Below, in pieces: positions 17,639-32,900 of a stretch of 64,000 bases of DNA. This DNA is from Phoronis australis (Eukaryota > Animalia > Phoronida). Each line of letters begins with the position of its first letter. Position 1 is the first letter of the stretch. The DNA is taken from positions 1,478,797 to 1,542,796 of the forward strand of contig NMRA01000033.1 of assembly GCA_002633005.1 (NCBI GenBank), read 5' to 3'. The notes beneath the pieces are model-generated. The model ran no database searches. It was not told the DNA's origin and saw only the letters and a program-made list of their open reading frames with translations. The position numbers and the translations under genes are program-made.

Positions 17639-19137
17639 CGTTCTGGTGGAAATGGCAAGCTCAGCTTAATATAGGAGTTGTTACAAAGTACAGTAGAAGC
17701 TCAGTTAAGGGAACATGTCAGACATGTGGAACTTCATATTGTCAATTTCTCGACCATATGGCAGCATTTGGTAAAATGTTGATCATTTGAAGCAAGTAGG
17801 GAGCATTTGAAAAACAGAAAGATAACATTTTTATCAATTATTTTTGTTCCGAATTGAAGAAATTTTTACCGACTCTTTCCCGGCAGTGGAATAACTGAAG
17901 AAGCATTCCTCGTTCACTAATAGCTTGATATAAGCCAACTTAAGAAATGCTTTTGCTAGTTCATCTAGGTCTGAAGTTTAGAAACTGAACTAAAACACAC
18001 GAATTTTGACATGAAACAATCATTTACAAGAAGACAACTTAAATGAATTCCCAAGGGAGGTACTCGGTTATCTTTTGCTGGGATGCAAATAAGCATAGCC
18101 ACGCATTTAAAGAGAGGAGTGGAAAAGAGAGGCCCATTTTGTAACTGTCACATAAATAGCCATTCTTTCAAAGAGTTTGTTCTGAAGGCTACATTCCACA
18201 AAACTAATAATACTTTCACACGCATTCCAGGACAGCTGTCTGTCTGAAACCCTACAAGAAGAGATGCCATGTTGTCAAAATGAGCACTCTTAGCGTTTCG
18301 TAATCAAGTCGGATAATACGAAAAAGTATACTGAAGATTTTTGTTAATAGAAAAGGAACTTATTGTAGAGTTTCAAACTCTGTCTGAAGTGAACCATTTT
18401 GTAAGGTATTAAACCAAAAATGCATCACTTTGCAAGGAATGTTGTTGAAAACAGCACCTGTTCATTGCCCATCTGATGAAAACGTTCCGTATACCTCTTC
18501 TATGGGAGTACCACCCAGATAAGTTCAATTAGCAAGAAAGAACACCACCACAACTCCAGAATGAGGTGGGCCGACTAGCAAATTGCATGCCATAAGACTG
18601 TGAGCTACCAATAGGTGGTGCCAACCCCTACATTGAAGTGAAGGGTGCGGCTGTGGAGATCTGTGGCCAGTAGCATGAAGCAGTCTCAAACGAGTTCCCA
18701 ATCGGTACCGCCCTGTTGTTTTGCAGGATCGTTTCAGTCTATGGCCATTTATTCTCGTGCGTAACGGGTTACAAGTCTCCCAAAATACCAATCATGAGGA
18801 CATTTCACACACAATACCCGCATCTACCGGAGATAACAATCGAATGTCAAGCTACCCATGACGAAAACCAACCTGAAAGGGCGAGGTTGATAGACCAATT
18901 AGGCCTAGGGATAGGGTAGGGCCCAGGCCGGAGTGTGGCACTGGCACTAGACAGTGAGTACGAATGGCAAGAGGGATAGTGCCCATCACTGAACAGCTGA
19001 CATTTTACGCAACGATTACCTGGTTTGAAAAATCAGAGACAACTAGTACCTCACTTTGGCTTGATTTGAACGAGGCCACGATCAAAACAAAACAGATGAA
19101 CACGACTCGCCAAGAATGCTGTTTACCTTTGACTCAC

Positions 19138-19420
19138 CACTTCCTTGTTTGATTGATGAGATGGAGAGATTATTAAATTGATAAACAATAACGACCTACT
19201 TGAGGTTTTATTACGTGAAGAAATCAAAAAGACTAAACATATCAATTAAATATTTTTTCAAAATATAAATTTTGCAAGCACAAGGTAGTTTTTGAATGAA
19301 ATATCATTTTAAAATTATTTTAATTTTATAAAATTAGCAAACTCCAATATCTGCTCAGTTAACCTAAATAGGAACGTCACTACTTTTCGCGTATAATGAC
19401 GTCACGAAAGAGTAGAAAAC
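19138..19420. promoter_or_regulatory. Putative bidirectional promoter, MORN4 (-) / LCORL-E93-like (+)
   Basis: Minus-strand donor G|gtgagt at 19137 (candidate MORN4 5'UTR exon) and plus-strand ATG at 19421. Perfect CRE TGACGTCA at 19397-19404 plus a half-site ACGTCA at ~19374. Confidence 0.55.
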
Positions 19421-19514
19421 ATGGTTGATTGCGGCAACTCAAGTTGTGCCCAAGAAAGGCGGGCATTTAAGCGTGAGTTGTTGTCGTGGAGTAAGAAAAT
19501 TCCCATGGCGATGG
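19421..19514 (+). CDS. LCORL: LCORL/E93-like exon 1 MVDCGNSSCAQERRAFKRELLSWSKKIPMAM
   Basis: aaacATGG start; G|gtaagt donor; resembles LCORL C..P.CAAERRGFRRELDSW. Confidence 0.85.
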
Positions 19515-22500
19515 GTAAGTGTTTCAGGATGACTTATCAAAGCTTTTCCAAAAAATCTGAATCGATATTAGTCCAGTAATTGCAAGGAATTTAGGTACCG
19601 TTATTGTCAAATTTCGGTTCCGATTTTCGCTATTGTGTCCAAGTGCCTGCCCCCCGCCGAATTAATTAAGCTTCGTGAAAAACACAAAATAATGTATTTT
19701 CATGATGTCTGAGTAATTTTTGAAAGCATTATGGCAATGCTAACTCAAGTCTCCTATTTTGACTGTTATCACGTTTTGTATTTGAAGTATTTACCTGGCG
19801 TTTTTGGCTTGCCAAAATTTCTAATTATCGACCTAGGCTTTGTGTGCGTGCAGCAATCAGTCGACATTCTTGGGAACATATTGAATTTATAATGAGGTGT
19901 TTGTGCCGTTTCGACTTCTGTGGCTTGGCATGTTTCTGGAAAAATAACACTGTCTTCCACTTAGTTTGCTCTTTTTAAACTTGAAATTAACTGTCACATT
20001 TTACTTTTGAATTCAAAATTCTTCAGACTGAGAAAGATTGTAAGTCAATCCAATTTAACCTCACCTTGTTTTTTGTCATTGACACGTGACTTGATGTGAG
20101 GATGTGAAACTGTCTCTCAGGTTGATTTAGAAATTCTATTTTAAAAAGGAAAAATTCCTTTGACCTCGTTTTCAACTTCATGTAAACAACACATTTTTGT
20201 GTCATTTATGTTTCTTAGCATTATCAATGGGTTTTTCCTCAGTATGTATTTTTGTGAAGATATAGATGTACAATTTTGCATTTTTTCTGCAAAATTCACT
20301 TAATTCAGGATTTTTCATTTTGTTAAGAATTAATAGTTAAATGTTGGGAAGAATGAATCTTGGGTTTTTATTGCATGCTGGTATGTTAATTGTTACAAAA
20401 ATTTAATTGTTTTCGTATAATTACTGAATTGGTAATGTCTTCATTGCATCATATATGTATTGTCTGAATTCTTAAATGCTATTGTTTTATATGCTACTAA
20501 GAACTTCATCCGTATTCAGAATTCAGACGGATCCAGAGGGTCTTTGGCTGGATTCAGATTTCCACATCACTTGCTTGAAAGAATCCAGGGTGCCTGGTGC
20601 ACTGTCTGAAACTCTGACCAAGACATGGGATCCGCATCTGGTCAATGACCACCAAATTGTACCTGAGACTCGACACCAAAATTGACGAAGCGAGTACCTT
20701 GCCTCAAGTCTAGAGTTAAAGGCAGCAATAAACATTCGATCAAAGAAGTGAAATTTTGGTACTGTTTACCAAAGGCTATGAAAACTTGGTCGAAACGTGT
20801 TCTTACATGGATGAGAAATGATTTCTGGGCTACGAAGAACTAAGACTGTGTTATTCCTCAAGACCATGTGCAGCGCATAAAATGACATGCCGTAATAAGC
20901 CAACTTGTCGAGCTGGGTCTCGAGCATTATCACCGAACTGTCATTTTTTTCCAATCCCTGGAATCACTTCCAGTTTGGCCAAAGTGCCGTCCACACAGAC
21001 ACTTATCTTAGAACAAGTTACTCCTGGAACGAGATGTCGCTAGGTTTGAGTGCTGTCTGGTTGCTATTTAAAGTAGTGCAACTTACACCTCCTGTGACAA
21101 CTTACTCCACATTATCGAGGTGGGGTAACTTGTTCAAGGGTAACTTGCACCACTTTAATCGCTGCGTGGCCGCAAAAGTGGGGTGGGGCGGAAGTAATTA
21201 TCAGCTCCGGTTGTATACAAACAGGCTTTTTTTGCCCGCCATATTCGCATTAGATGTTCATTTTGAAGCACAGAGCGACAACTTCCACCTTACCCTAGTT
21301 ATTGGATATGTGTTTGTGGACGCTCCACTTAAAAGTGGGTTAAGTTGCACTAGGGTAAGTTGCTCTAAGGTAGGCTGTATGGGGACAGGACTTGAGGAAC
21401 ACTTTAAGACCAGTTCCATTATAGTAATATTGGTTTTGGTGGTTGAAGCGGGTTTATTATAAACTGGTAATGTTGGTGGTCATGGGCTCTTGCAGTGGAT
21501 GTTGAACGTTCAAGCCACCCTGAACATTTTGCAAAAGTAATGGCCACCAATGATCCTTTGTATGTTACTTCAAAGGTTATTTATTTTCAGAAATGTCCGC
21601 AGATTGCATTTGAACGGTTCAAATCAGATGAGCTGTGCATGGCCAAGTTTTTTTTTTTGTCAGCAGATTTAATTTGCATATCTTATTTTACAGGTTTAGA
21701 AGCCATTGCCGAACAGTTAGGTGGTAAAGAAAAAATTAAAATATTATTTAAGCCATTCAATGGTAAGTCATTAAGTGGATTTACTTCAGTTCATGCATTA
21801 TAAAATTGGCAAAGTTTTGCTTAAGTTGCAAAAATTGTGAAGAAATTAGCAATGAATTAATTGTTAATTGGTCGAGCAGTTCTTGCTTTCAAACTCTGCT
21901 CGTTTTTTTGACTGAAGGTTATTTCATTTTTTAACTTCTGCTTTGTGTACATTTATGATGATTGATAACCCGATTTTCTTAATTTGACCCAATTTAATGC
22001 TAGATTAAGTTGCCCCTATTATTTTGACGGTTTTCTTATCTTTTGAAGTCTTGAGTTTTTGTAACCAAAGAGCGAAATGTCTCTGTATGGTAACCTCATG
22101 AAAATACAAATTTTCCTTGTGGGGGATATTGGGTTTTTAAGTGAGTGCATTCACAAGGTATAATGTCTTCTGGACTGGATGTAAATATGTCAGGTTTATG
22201 CTAATTAGATGCACGCAGAAGGCGTGTTGCGTAAGTTATTGGAATTTTGATTTGATATAGTTTAAAGCACTCTCTTTAAAAAGCCAGTTGAATTGATCAA
22301 TATCTTATAACCACTGAAGTGACAGTAATCTCAAGTTTAAGGTCTGTTTTTTGTGCTGTGTTCATCATAAAATTGATTAATTGTTTAAAATTGGTTTAAA
22401 TTGAATTAAGTGTTACTGTACTTTTCAGAGTTCTGTCCAGGTTAGAGAGGAAGGCAATCGTTTTTAGTGTCATTTTTGGTTATAGTACGATTTCTGATTA

Positions 22501-25500
22501 GCTAAGATAAAATGTTCAAGTTAATTAAATTCTACCGGCTTCTGATCAATTATGCATGCATCAGTCTATGTTAGGTTGGTGGCCCAAATCATTCCGTGCC
22601 AACTTTGTTTATTCAATGTTTTGCTGTGGACGTCTGTTGATTATTTTTAAAAAATTGACGTAATTATATGCTTCGACAACTATTCTTGGACAATCCTATA
22701 TAAAACAAGAACTTAGGTAAGTTGGAATTAGCCGATATGCACTGGGAAATGACTGCAGCCACAAATAACTAATCACGTACGTGGTGAAACTGTTCACATG
22801 CACAGGTGACACCTACTTCATAGCTTTGAGTCACCAGAGTGGCTTCAGCTCGCAAGTACTTTGCATATCAGAAATATCCTTGCTGGTGGGAATGGAGCAG
22901 AGAAGGGAAATATCAATGATATCGCATCCTTCTTCAAAACATTTTTGGCAGGTTCCTTCATGATCTCTGTGCACATGTGCCTTTTGTATTCCACCAGTAA
23001 AAAGTGTTTGCTGCAGACATCGCGTTAGTTGTACACCTCTTTAGATGTGGCATGAACAGGCATTGCTGCATTCTTGAGACAAACAATACAACTCCGATGG
23101 ATCTTGTCGTCCAATGAAAATTTGTGAAATGGAACGCTTATATTCTTCAAGAGTTCGTGATGCTTGCATCCCAGCATGCAACAACTTCTTGTCATGTGAC
23201 TGACCGAGAGGCAAAAAATGGGTCTAACATGTGATATGAAGCTGAGTTACATAATGACGTGTATGATGTCAATCACAGTCTGAAATAAAAAAAATAAATT
23301 TTGAGTCTAATACTGGAATAAAAACTTACAAAAATTAGCGACATTGCGTCCGCATCAGTGTTAGACTCAAACTATTTGTTTTCTCAACTGGATGTCTCAA
23401 AATTTTCATGCATATAGCAGTCTGAAATACATATAAGTACAGCTGGCGGAGAATGTTTCCAGCAGTGAACATCAAAGAGTAATGCATACATAATTAATTA
23501 GAACTTGGGGGGTCTATTATCTAAGAAAACCGTAATTTAACCAAAAATGTTACTCTAAGCAGTTGCCTTCCAGTTTACAGATACTCAAATGTGTGATGTC
23601 GAGCGTGAATGCTAAAGTACAAAACTTTTGAAAAGTTGATGTGGGTGTTTACTTCCGATACAGGTTGACACCCAAGACGTTGCATTTATGTCAGTCACAT
23701 CATGTGTGGATTCCATGTGTTATTGAAGAAAATTTACCTTAATTCTTCACGTATTTTGCACATCGGTGCAATAGACAAGTGGAATTCATTTGGACAAAAT
23801 TTTAAACAAAAATAAATGAATAGCTGAGGCTGAAATACTCGGTGATAATCGATTTTCACATATCGGTTTTTGTAATTTTTTTATTCACTCAACGTCGGCA
23901 AGTTGTTTCATTTCCTTCATTCTATGATTCTTGTTTCCCAGACCTCGAAAGTGAAGATCCTATCGATTGGAAGCCTGACCAAGAGTGCTTCTACTGTCAT
24001 TCCAGATCAAAGTTTATACTGGTAAATATCTGTTGTGTGAACTGAGTGTTTGTAGGCAGCACCCTTCTTACGACTTGCGTGCCTCTGTTGAGTCATCTTA
24101 ACACAGAAAGCCATTTTTACTTTGCTTTTGATTTTTTATTGTTTGAAAACTGCAGAAATGAGAGAGCTTTTACTTTGACAAACGTTATTGATCAAAAACT
24201 AAAAACCTTCAAATATGTCAGCAAACATTTTTTCTGTGGTGTCTCAAGAATGTGTTATTTCAGTGTAAACTTGCAGATTTTTGGGCCTCGAAAGATGAAA
24301 CACAGTCTCACTTTAACATGAGTTTCAAGTTAGTAGAAAGAATTTTGTTGTAAATAAGACAATTTACATCTTGTTGTTTTTCACGATTGCATCAAGTATG
24401 TGATCGAGCTTGTAGATGATGTTTTATGTCCAAACCTTGTTTTTTTTCATTTTGGAAGTGCGGATTTTTGGCTCTCGAAAACCCACAATCTCACTTTAAG
24501 TAAGTGATGTGGGAATTAAACTAATTTTAGAAACAAAATCAAGTACTATAAATATATGTAAGAATTTTGTGAATCTCATTCATACTGGATATCACCAAAG
24601 ACAAAGACCAGTGTTTATGAGACAGAAAGTAAATTCTACAATGGATTGCTTCTGTGTTGCAGTACTCTGGTGACTTTTTCGGAAAGTGTGCAATATTGCT
24701 GTGACCTATAGCCCTAAGCAGCGCCGTCTTTGAAAACCATTGTTGCAGTTCGTGTTCGTGTGACACACTTTGTTTTGGTTCTGCCTAACGATTAGTTAAA
24801 GGTTTCCTAATTACATGCGATAACACTGAATGGAGTCTTTTGATTGGCTCAACGGAAGGATTCACTGCCTCGAACTTGATTTAGATTTGTTTTGTGGCTG
24901 GAAATGATTTAACGTGCACTGCAATAGATCTTTAACTTGAAGAGAAAGCATTTGTCACCCTGAAAATAATTTACCTTATTGTCGTGGTCAGTTTATTAAC
25001 GTGGTTAGTTTATTAACGCATTGACCAATGTTAGAGTGTGTAGTCTGTGGTTCATTTACTTTCATCAAAATTTGTTGTGCAGATTGCTAGTTTTCCAAGA
25101 AAATGATATCGACCTAATTTCTTAAGTACTGACCGTGCATGGATTCAGAACAAAACATCTCTCGATATGGGTCACTGCTTTGATCAGCGATCATTGTTGA
25201 GAGTGACCTTGTTTGACTTGCATTTACACCAGCCAATGGCAAGGTTGAAAACTCATTATACATATATCTATCAATTTTCACCAAATGCTCATCGAGCGTG
25301 GTCATCCCCCATGTTTGAATTGTAACCACCATGTTCATATTTTATTGTTTATGCTTGGGTAGTAAAATACAATACTTATATTTAATAGAGGTTTCAATGC
25401 TGACTTGTAATAATTTACACTTTGTTGTCAAGTTTAGGCTTTTGTGAAACGCTCATCCATTTAAGCCACCTGCGGTATCATCTTCCAAAACTGTTTTCGT

Positions 25501-28500
25501 CTGGAATATGGTTTAGATTTATACAAGGACTCAAGTTCATCATGAAAATAGTTCCTGGTTATGTTATGGACTGAATTGATTTCATTGGTCGTTTCTGCAG
25601 CTAGATTCACCTTTGCAAGCTTTTCTTTCTAGTTTGAAGAAGAGACATGTTGACAAAAACATTTCTGATAAAGATGCGTAGTAACTACAGCTGCTAAAAT
25701 CTATATAAGTTTCGGTTGCTTGGTTCTCGACAAAGTTTAACTTAGGCCTTTAGGCTGTTCTAGAGTCTGTTTTGTTGATTGAGGATTTCTTAGCCAAGTT
25801 AAACTCTAGCTTAGAGCCAGATCCTGAGGATGCTCAAAGGTGATAAAAACACCCCTCCAATAAAGAAAATCTTTAATTAAGCCGAGTCCTAGGATACATG
25901 GTCACCTAGTGTCGGAAGCGATATTTGAGCTCCCCATTTTGAAATCATGGATCCGCCTGTAGATCCAATCTCCAAACAAATTGTGGATATGAAATGTGCT
26001 TATGTATTCTTGTTCTGTTGACTGTATTAAATGATGTTACAGGCAATTAAATCTGTCGTTATAAATACCCAATTAAATTTTGTTATATATCTTTTCAAAA
26101 TTTGATACCACTTGTCATCTGTCAGGTTTTGATTACCCTTAGAAAATGGTAGACTTGGAAAAAACTACATGTATTCTGGTATTTGCATTTCATAAATAAT
26201 TCTGTATCGGTCATTATCATTGACTTTCTGCTCAACATGATTTTTAATATCTGGGATGGGCTTCAGACTCATCTGTGTCAAAGCAGTCTGAAGATTTTAA
26301 ATTTTTTTGCGTATTTGGAAGAATTTTTTCAAGTGAAAAATAATGTTTTGAAGCTATTTTGTAAATTTTAACCCTTTTGTGTATTTGCTTTATTGTGCCT
26401 CCACCTATGCCTGTGTGATTTTATTTAGTTTGAAAAACTTTTGATACCACGTTGGCAGTCGACTGCAGTGCCCTCTAGCAGGTTGTATCAAAGGATGCCA
26501 GGTGTCCCTTAGATGACTGCCTGTCATTGGTACCTGCGAAGCTTATTAGCACAGCATCACCCAAACAACTTTTTATGAACAGTTACTAGTTTATTTTTGG
26601 AAATTTGGGAAAGGACACGTTGCGGGCGATTGCCTGATCAATACAGTTGGAAAGGACTTTAAAAAATCTTTTAGCTTTGAACCAAAGATAGCACTTGGTG
26701 CTGCAAGTTGAAAAGCCAAGCTGTCCGTCCTTGCACTGTTTAGCCCAAACTCAGAGTTCTTCCTTTTCGTATACCTGACTTCATTGCATGGTCGTTCTTT
26801 CCTCTTGTGTAATTCCATGAAAGACGCAAAACATCGTTGCTGTTACATGCCCACTTTTGGTAAGAGTATGAACAGGATCAACTGCTTGTGGTTTCTGACT
26901 TGGAAGTCATGTGGGACCTTTTCAACAAGTCTGTGCATTCCATCGAATATCCGCAAAACGAGAATTTTACTCAAGAAAAGTATGTTGCGGAAAGCCCGTA
27001 GAATTGGTTTGTCACTTTATACCAGTCTGTCGTTGATTGGGTCACAAGACCCTGTTTTTTTTAGTAAAATTTAGCAAAAAAATAAGGGTTCAATCCTGGT
27101 ATTGTACAGCACAACCAAATTTTGTTTCTTACAGGTGTTTACGGTTAAGTCTCAAAAATGCAGTTTTTCATTATTATTTCATTTTTGGTTAAATGCTTAA
27201 TGATTCTTTTCGTAAAAAACATAAATGTCCTAGTTTTGACAGCCCTCAATAAAAGAATCAATTTAAAAATCCATCATTTTTGAGTACAGTGTCTAAACGG
27301 TAGTATCTGAAAGTTTCATACGAACCCAATTCGCCATTTATGAGATATGTTGTTCCAAATTTAGCCAAATTTGGATTTTTTTTGGTCTTACTTAAACTTA
27401 ACCCTCGAAGCTAAGTAGGTGTTTGCCTAGTTTTTTTATCTGCATCTTCAATTTTGCTGTATCTTCAATATTGAACGTTATTGATTTTAACACATATTTG
27501 CTTCATAAATATGGTGTCCATATTCTCTATATTTAGCATTCACAGATCACCTTTTTCCTGAATAGACAGCTTTGTGGTTGTCATGTTGGTTGTAACTGAA
27601 AGCCTGGAGGATAGATGGACTATATATGTCCTTGAGCTTATAACCCCTGAATCAGTTAATCAAATTGTGCTGGAGCAGCTGAAAATCCAACTGATCACTT
27701 GATATTAAAAAAACGGAAGAATTTATAAATGTGTATTTCATTGATGGGTTCATTTCTACTTGGATCTTTTGATATTTAATTGATATTTAATTCTCACTAA
27801 TCACTGAACCTAGTAACATTTGTTCTGTGTGTATCTGACATGCTGTCTTTCAGCCAATGAGCTTCAAGATGGTGGCTGCGCAGTCGTGAAATACTTGAAT
27901 CATTAACTTACTTAGGAACTTTAATATTCTCCTAAAAATCAAAACATTTGGCACTGAAACACATGTCCCAATGCAATAGTCAGTCTTGCCAGCTTTGTAT
28001 CCATGTCTGTAAAGGATATTTACAGATGAACAATGTGAACGGTTTAAATGTCCTCTTTTTATCCTGGTCTAGACAACATTCACTGGATATGTGCTATGAA
28101 AGTGTTAATATTAGGCACAAGTGTATGGAAAAGAAGGACACGAGTCTTGTATGAAGCGTTTATAAGTCAGAAAAACTATTTATTGCAGTTCAGTTGTGTA
28201 GGGAAATATTCAATATTTTTTTCCTTTGGGCTTTCTCCGAGATAAGTCTGTGGGCAAAGTGGTAGCTTTTGTACCCGCAGAGTTTCCATTGTCTACGGGT
28301 GTCTATGGTGAATAAAGCTGTCACTTGGTTATGGTACTATTAGCTATGCAACGAGTAGCCGCTGTCTTAACTCTGTGGTGTTCGCGGAAGTTCATGGATT
28401 GGAGTGGTTATTTTGTTTTCAAACCTGGTATTCTTGAGGTACACAACGTTATTAGGAATCCCACTAAACTTTTCCACAAAGGTTTCCCTCTAACTGACTT

Positions 28501-29423
28501 AATTTAGAAAGAATTGTTAGATTTCCACCTGTAATATTAACACATTCAAGATTTATCAAAGGAAAGGTTTATGACCCTTTAAACTGGTTCACAACCTCAC
28601 TCATGTTGTTCAGATAGTATTATTTTTTCTTTGGCGCTGTTCTGGTGAATAATTTTTTCTTCGTTTGGACTGGTAGGTGTGTATCGATGGTGTTTTTTTC
28701 TTCGTTTCGACTCATAATGTTTTTGTAAGTCAGTTTCATTATCTTTGGATTTGGGTTGTTTTTGTCAATATTAAAATATTATTTATTTTTGTACAAGTGA
28801 AATCTCACATTTAATCTGTTGAGGTTATGTCATACATCTGTTCAGATAATGTTTAATGAACAATGCTTCTCCCCTTTGTTTGAATTGTGGACTAGTAATG
28901 TCCCTTTGTAATGTGTGGCGTGTGCCTATCATTTTGTGATAAGCTGCAACTTACAAGGTCAAATGATGCTTAAATTTTATGTGCAATTGATGCTTTGGTT
29001 GAGCCTTGACACGTGGTTTTTTGTTAAATTTAGAAACCTGTGACTAGCTGGCATAATGAGGAAGGCATTTGCTGTGTGAAGCTGGGGTGCTTCAGTTGGG
29101 CTGTTCCAGCTAACTGTTATCACCCCCATCATCTCATAAGGCTTGTTATCACAAAGGTCATCAGGTCTCTTTGTCTGGGAACTTCCCAAAATGCCCCACT
29201 TGTGAAATGTCACTTCTTTGTTCTGCTGTGGTCCTGTAATGTGAATGCAGAAGGTGACATTACAAATCATTTTTCACCCAGATTGGCGTGGTGTCAAATG
29301 TTACACAAAATTATTTAATGCCCAGTGTAAATTTACTGTTCATTTTTGTTTGGACAAAATAAAGTGCTGACTGGTTAGCTCATCATAGCAATGATTTTTA
29401 TCATTTCCACTTAGTATAATTGG

Positions 29424-29496
<73 letters not shown>

Positions 29497-29910
29497 ATTG
29501 CTGCTATTATCATATATGCTTAACCGATATTGTTGGTTTTGTATACTTGCCCTCAAACATTAAGTCTCAGAACATTTTGCTATTGAATTTAAGATGACCA
29601 AATTAAAGACAGTAAAATTATCAACTTAATGAGACCAGTTTTATTTCGAAATGATGAATACCATGAAACTTTAATTTCTAGGGTGGCTTATTTTTTACAT
29701 TTCGGTAAGGGTTGACAAAACAAAAGTTGTTAAAGGCATTCTAAAAAGGGTGATGTGCGACTGATTATCTGAATGATAATACTACGGATGAGTGGTTGAT
29801 ATGGTCAGCATCCAAAACTAGTGCACAGATGGAGAAGACTGAATGATTTATTTTGAATTTGCCTCGAGCAACTCTGAGAATGTTGTCATGAGCACTTCAA
29901 ATGCACAGAA

Positions 29911-29962
<52 letters not shown>

Positions 29963-32900
29963 TGCTAGTGTGATCAAACAAGCCTGATGCATAAACCGAC
30001 ATTTTCATCTATTCCCGATTGCTTGATGAAGTGAAATTTCTCCAAGTATGATGCTTTGCCATGAAGTTTGTTATTTTGTTTGTTTCTGTCTTTGTTCGCA
30101 CGTTACAGATTGCAATTCTTATTGGATCAGCGTGAAATTTATACGCAACGTGTGTTTTGTGAAAAGCTCGAAGTCTATCGTTTTTGGCATTGTGGCGGTC
30201 ATTTTTTCCTTTTTTTGGTTGTGGAATCATAGCTCCGCTGTTTTTGATGGCATTTTTCAGATTTTTTTCTATAGATCATCAAAAGAGCTTTCTGGAGTGT
30301 CGAATTTGTTTTTCTCTTGGTCTTACTGTTCTCGATTTATTCGAGATTTCCAAGGGCTGGTCTCCAGTTTTTTGCCATACCTTTGGTATACTGTGATGGT
30401 TCTATGTGAAATTTGTTATATGGATAGATCATTTCAAGCGATATCGCATTGTTTGTGTTCTCAGTTTCGTCGTCAATATCACCTTCAAATTTTTTGTTTA
30501 TTCTAATCATCAAGTGTCGCTCTGAAGAGCCCTTTCATTTCTTAGTTTCTGTTTCCTTACAACTAATTTTTATGTTATTGTTCGCTTGTAAATTATGATC
30601 AGCTTCGCAAGGTCATGTGGGATATGAACAGTTTCACAAGGTCATGTGGGATATGAACGAAAACTGTTGTATTTGATTTTGTGTTTTGCATAGTTCTCTC
30701 TACTTTCAATGGAACAGAATTTCTCATACATTCCTGCAGGCATTTTAGTTAATTTGTTTTGAGCTATAATCGGGACCTTATATACTTTGGAACATGAAAA
30801 AATTACGGTTTTTGTGAACAAGTGCTCTACAGCCTATTTTTCATATTCAAAACAGTTGTAATGTATAAGCTAAGTAAAGTTATAAAAATGTTTGGCTTTT
30901 AATTTTTTAACATTTTGAAAACAGAAGTGGGTGCAGTTCCAATTTTAACATTAAATAAATAACCCAAGTAAAGAATTTAAATTTAAAATCCTGTTCTTCA
31001 TGGAATTGATGACAGTTTAACACAACAATTTTGGAAGTCAGTGGACCGGTTGCGATAACGAGTTGTCCTATTGGCCATCTTGAAACAGAAGCATTTGAAA
31101 CTTCACGTATCAAGAGTAGATGTGTTGTTTCATATAAGTGCTGATTTTGTGGGCAGTATTATGAAAACTGCGGCAGTGAGTAGCGTTCAAGTGTGATTTT
31201 GAAAACTAAATGGATGTCACATCCGCAATCTTGAGTCTGATCATGACAAAAAACAATTGACCCTTGAACTTTTTATGAAAGATATGCTTTATGTAACTTT
31301 CATGTCGATTGGACGAAAAATATGACATGTAGCATGATTGCAAACTACCAACTACAAACTTCACGGCAAGACAACATACTAGGCGAATTTCATTTCATCA
31401 GGTAAAAACCGCAACAGCAAGTATTTATTTACCTATGGCTACTAATCCTTCAGAAAGAAAAATTAAAAGTGAAATTACTCTTGGCTTCCATATAATATCC
31501 GAAGAGATAAGATTTTTAACATTCAAGCCATTCCTTTATTATACAGGCTACTTTAGTACGGACAATTTACATTAATGGTCTTCTCCGTAGCAAATACTGT
31601 TATTTCCATGTTCCGCCTTCACACGATGACTGGCACCCAGTTACTTTTTGTACGTCAGGCTCATGCAGCAGAATCATCGAGCGAAAACAAAACATGATTT
31701 AAAAAAACTGTAACAAGAAATCTCAAACTTTTATCAAAAGAGATTCGGTCGTGGTAATGATATCATTGTTTTGTTATAACCGCTTTGTTATTATTACTAT
31801 TTACTGAAAGGTGGCGCCACACTGTTTATGATGGATTGGCATGAAGTCAAAAATCAAATTCTGGCTGCTTACTCTCATAAAATGTATACTTTTTCTAACT
31901 TCTATAGCTATCCCGCAGAACGTAATGACCTATTATAAGTAGATTTTTGATGTAGTTGACAATTTTAAGTCAATTCATTTTAAAATGATTGATTACCTAG
32001 TATGACAATAACTTGCTGGTAATAATTCGTGGATAATAGATGTAATGATGTTACATTATGTATTTATAAAAGTGGACAGTGGGTTATGCTGGTAAGGGGT
32101 TGGTGTCTTCACGCCTTCAGTGCCATCCACGCACACAGACTTATCCTAGAACATGTTACTCGTGGAACTATTTGTTGATAGGTTTGATGGCCATGTGAAC
32201 GCTATTTAAACAAGTGCAACTTACCCCACTTGCAACAACTTACTCCACCTTATCGAGGTAAGGCAACTTGTTCTAGGGTAACTTGCACCACTTCTAATTC
32301 CTGTGTGACCGCAAACCTGGGGCAAGGGGAAAGTAAATTATCAGCTGCTGTTACATTCAGACGGGTTTTCTCTTGCACGCCGTATTGACATTAGGTGTTC
32401 ATGGGCATGCACAGTGCGACAACTTCTGCCTTACCCTAGTTATTGGATACATGTGTGTATGTGGATTGTGGACGCTCCACTCAGAACTGGGGTAAGTTGC
32501 TTTAGTGCAAGTTGTTCGAGGGTAGGCTGTGTGTGGATGGAAATTTATATCTGGGTAGAGTTCAGTAACTCTAGGACCTCGCTAAAAATATGACTTTACG
32601 AGAGATACTGCCACGTATTTTAAATGAGAACACGTGATTTTTGTTAGATTTTTCCACGACTCGATTTTTCTTGCCGCAGGATAGCTTCTGAACTGTACTC
32701 TGACTTAATGACTTGCAAATTTGATGAAGGAAACTGAACTTCCAGTGTATATGTCACTTAGTTGTGGCTAGGAGAGTTAAGCATGGATCAAAAAATCAGT
32801 CTATATTTGTATTATGAGGAGGACGACATTTCGGGATTTGAATTTAGCCCAAACTAAGGTGCGAAATGCCTTTGGTTACGTTATGCTAATTTTACTTCTC

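Noticed and set aside
20520-20980. Coding-like stretch in LCORL-like intron 1 (alternative exon or LINE fragment)
   Set aside because: The frame compatible with exon 1 stops early, and no convincing protein motif was recognised
20905-21462. 185-aa plus-strand ORF
   Set aside because: Runs through MITE copy A, has no recognisable domain, and starts at a non-ATG codon; treated as a chance ORF
30048-30506. 152-aa hydrophobic ORF
   Set aside because: T-rich, low-complexity intronic sequence giving Phe/Cys/Ser bias; no domain or splice support
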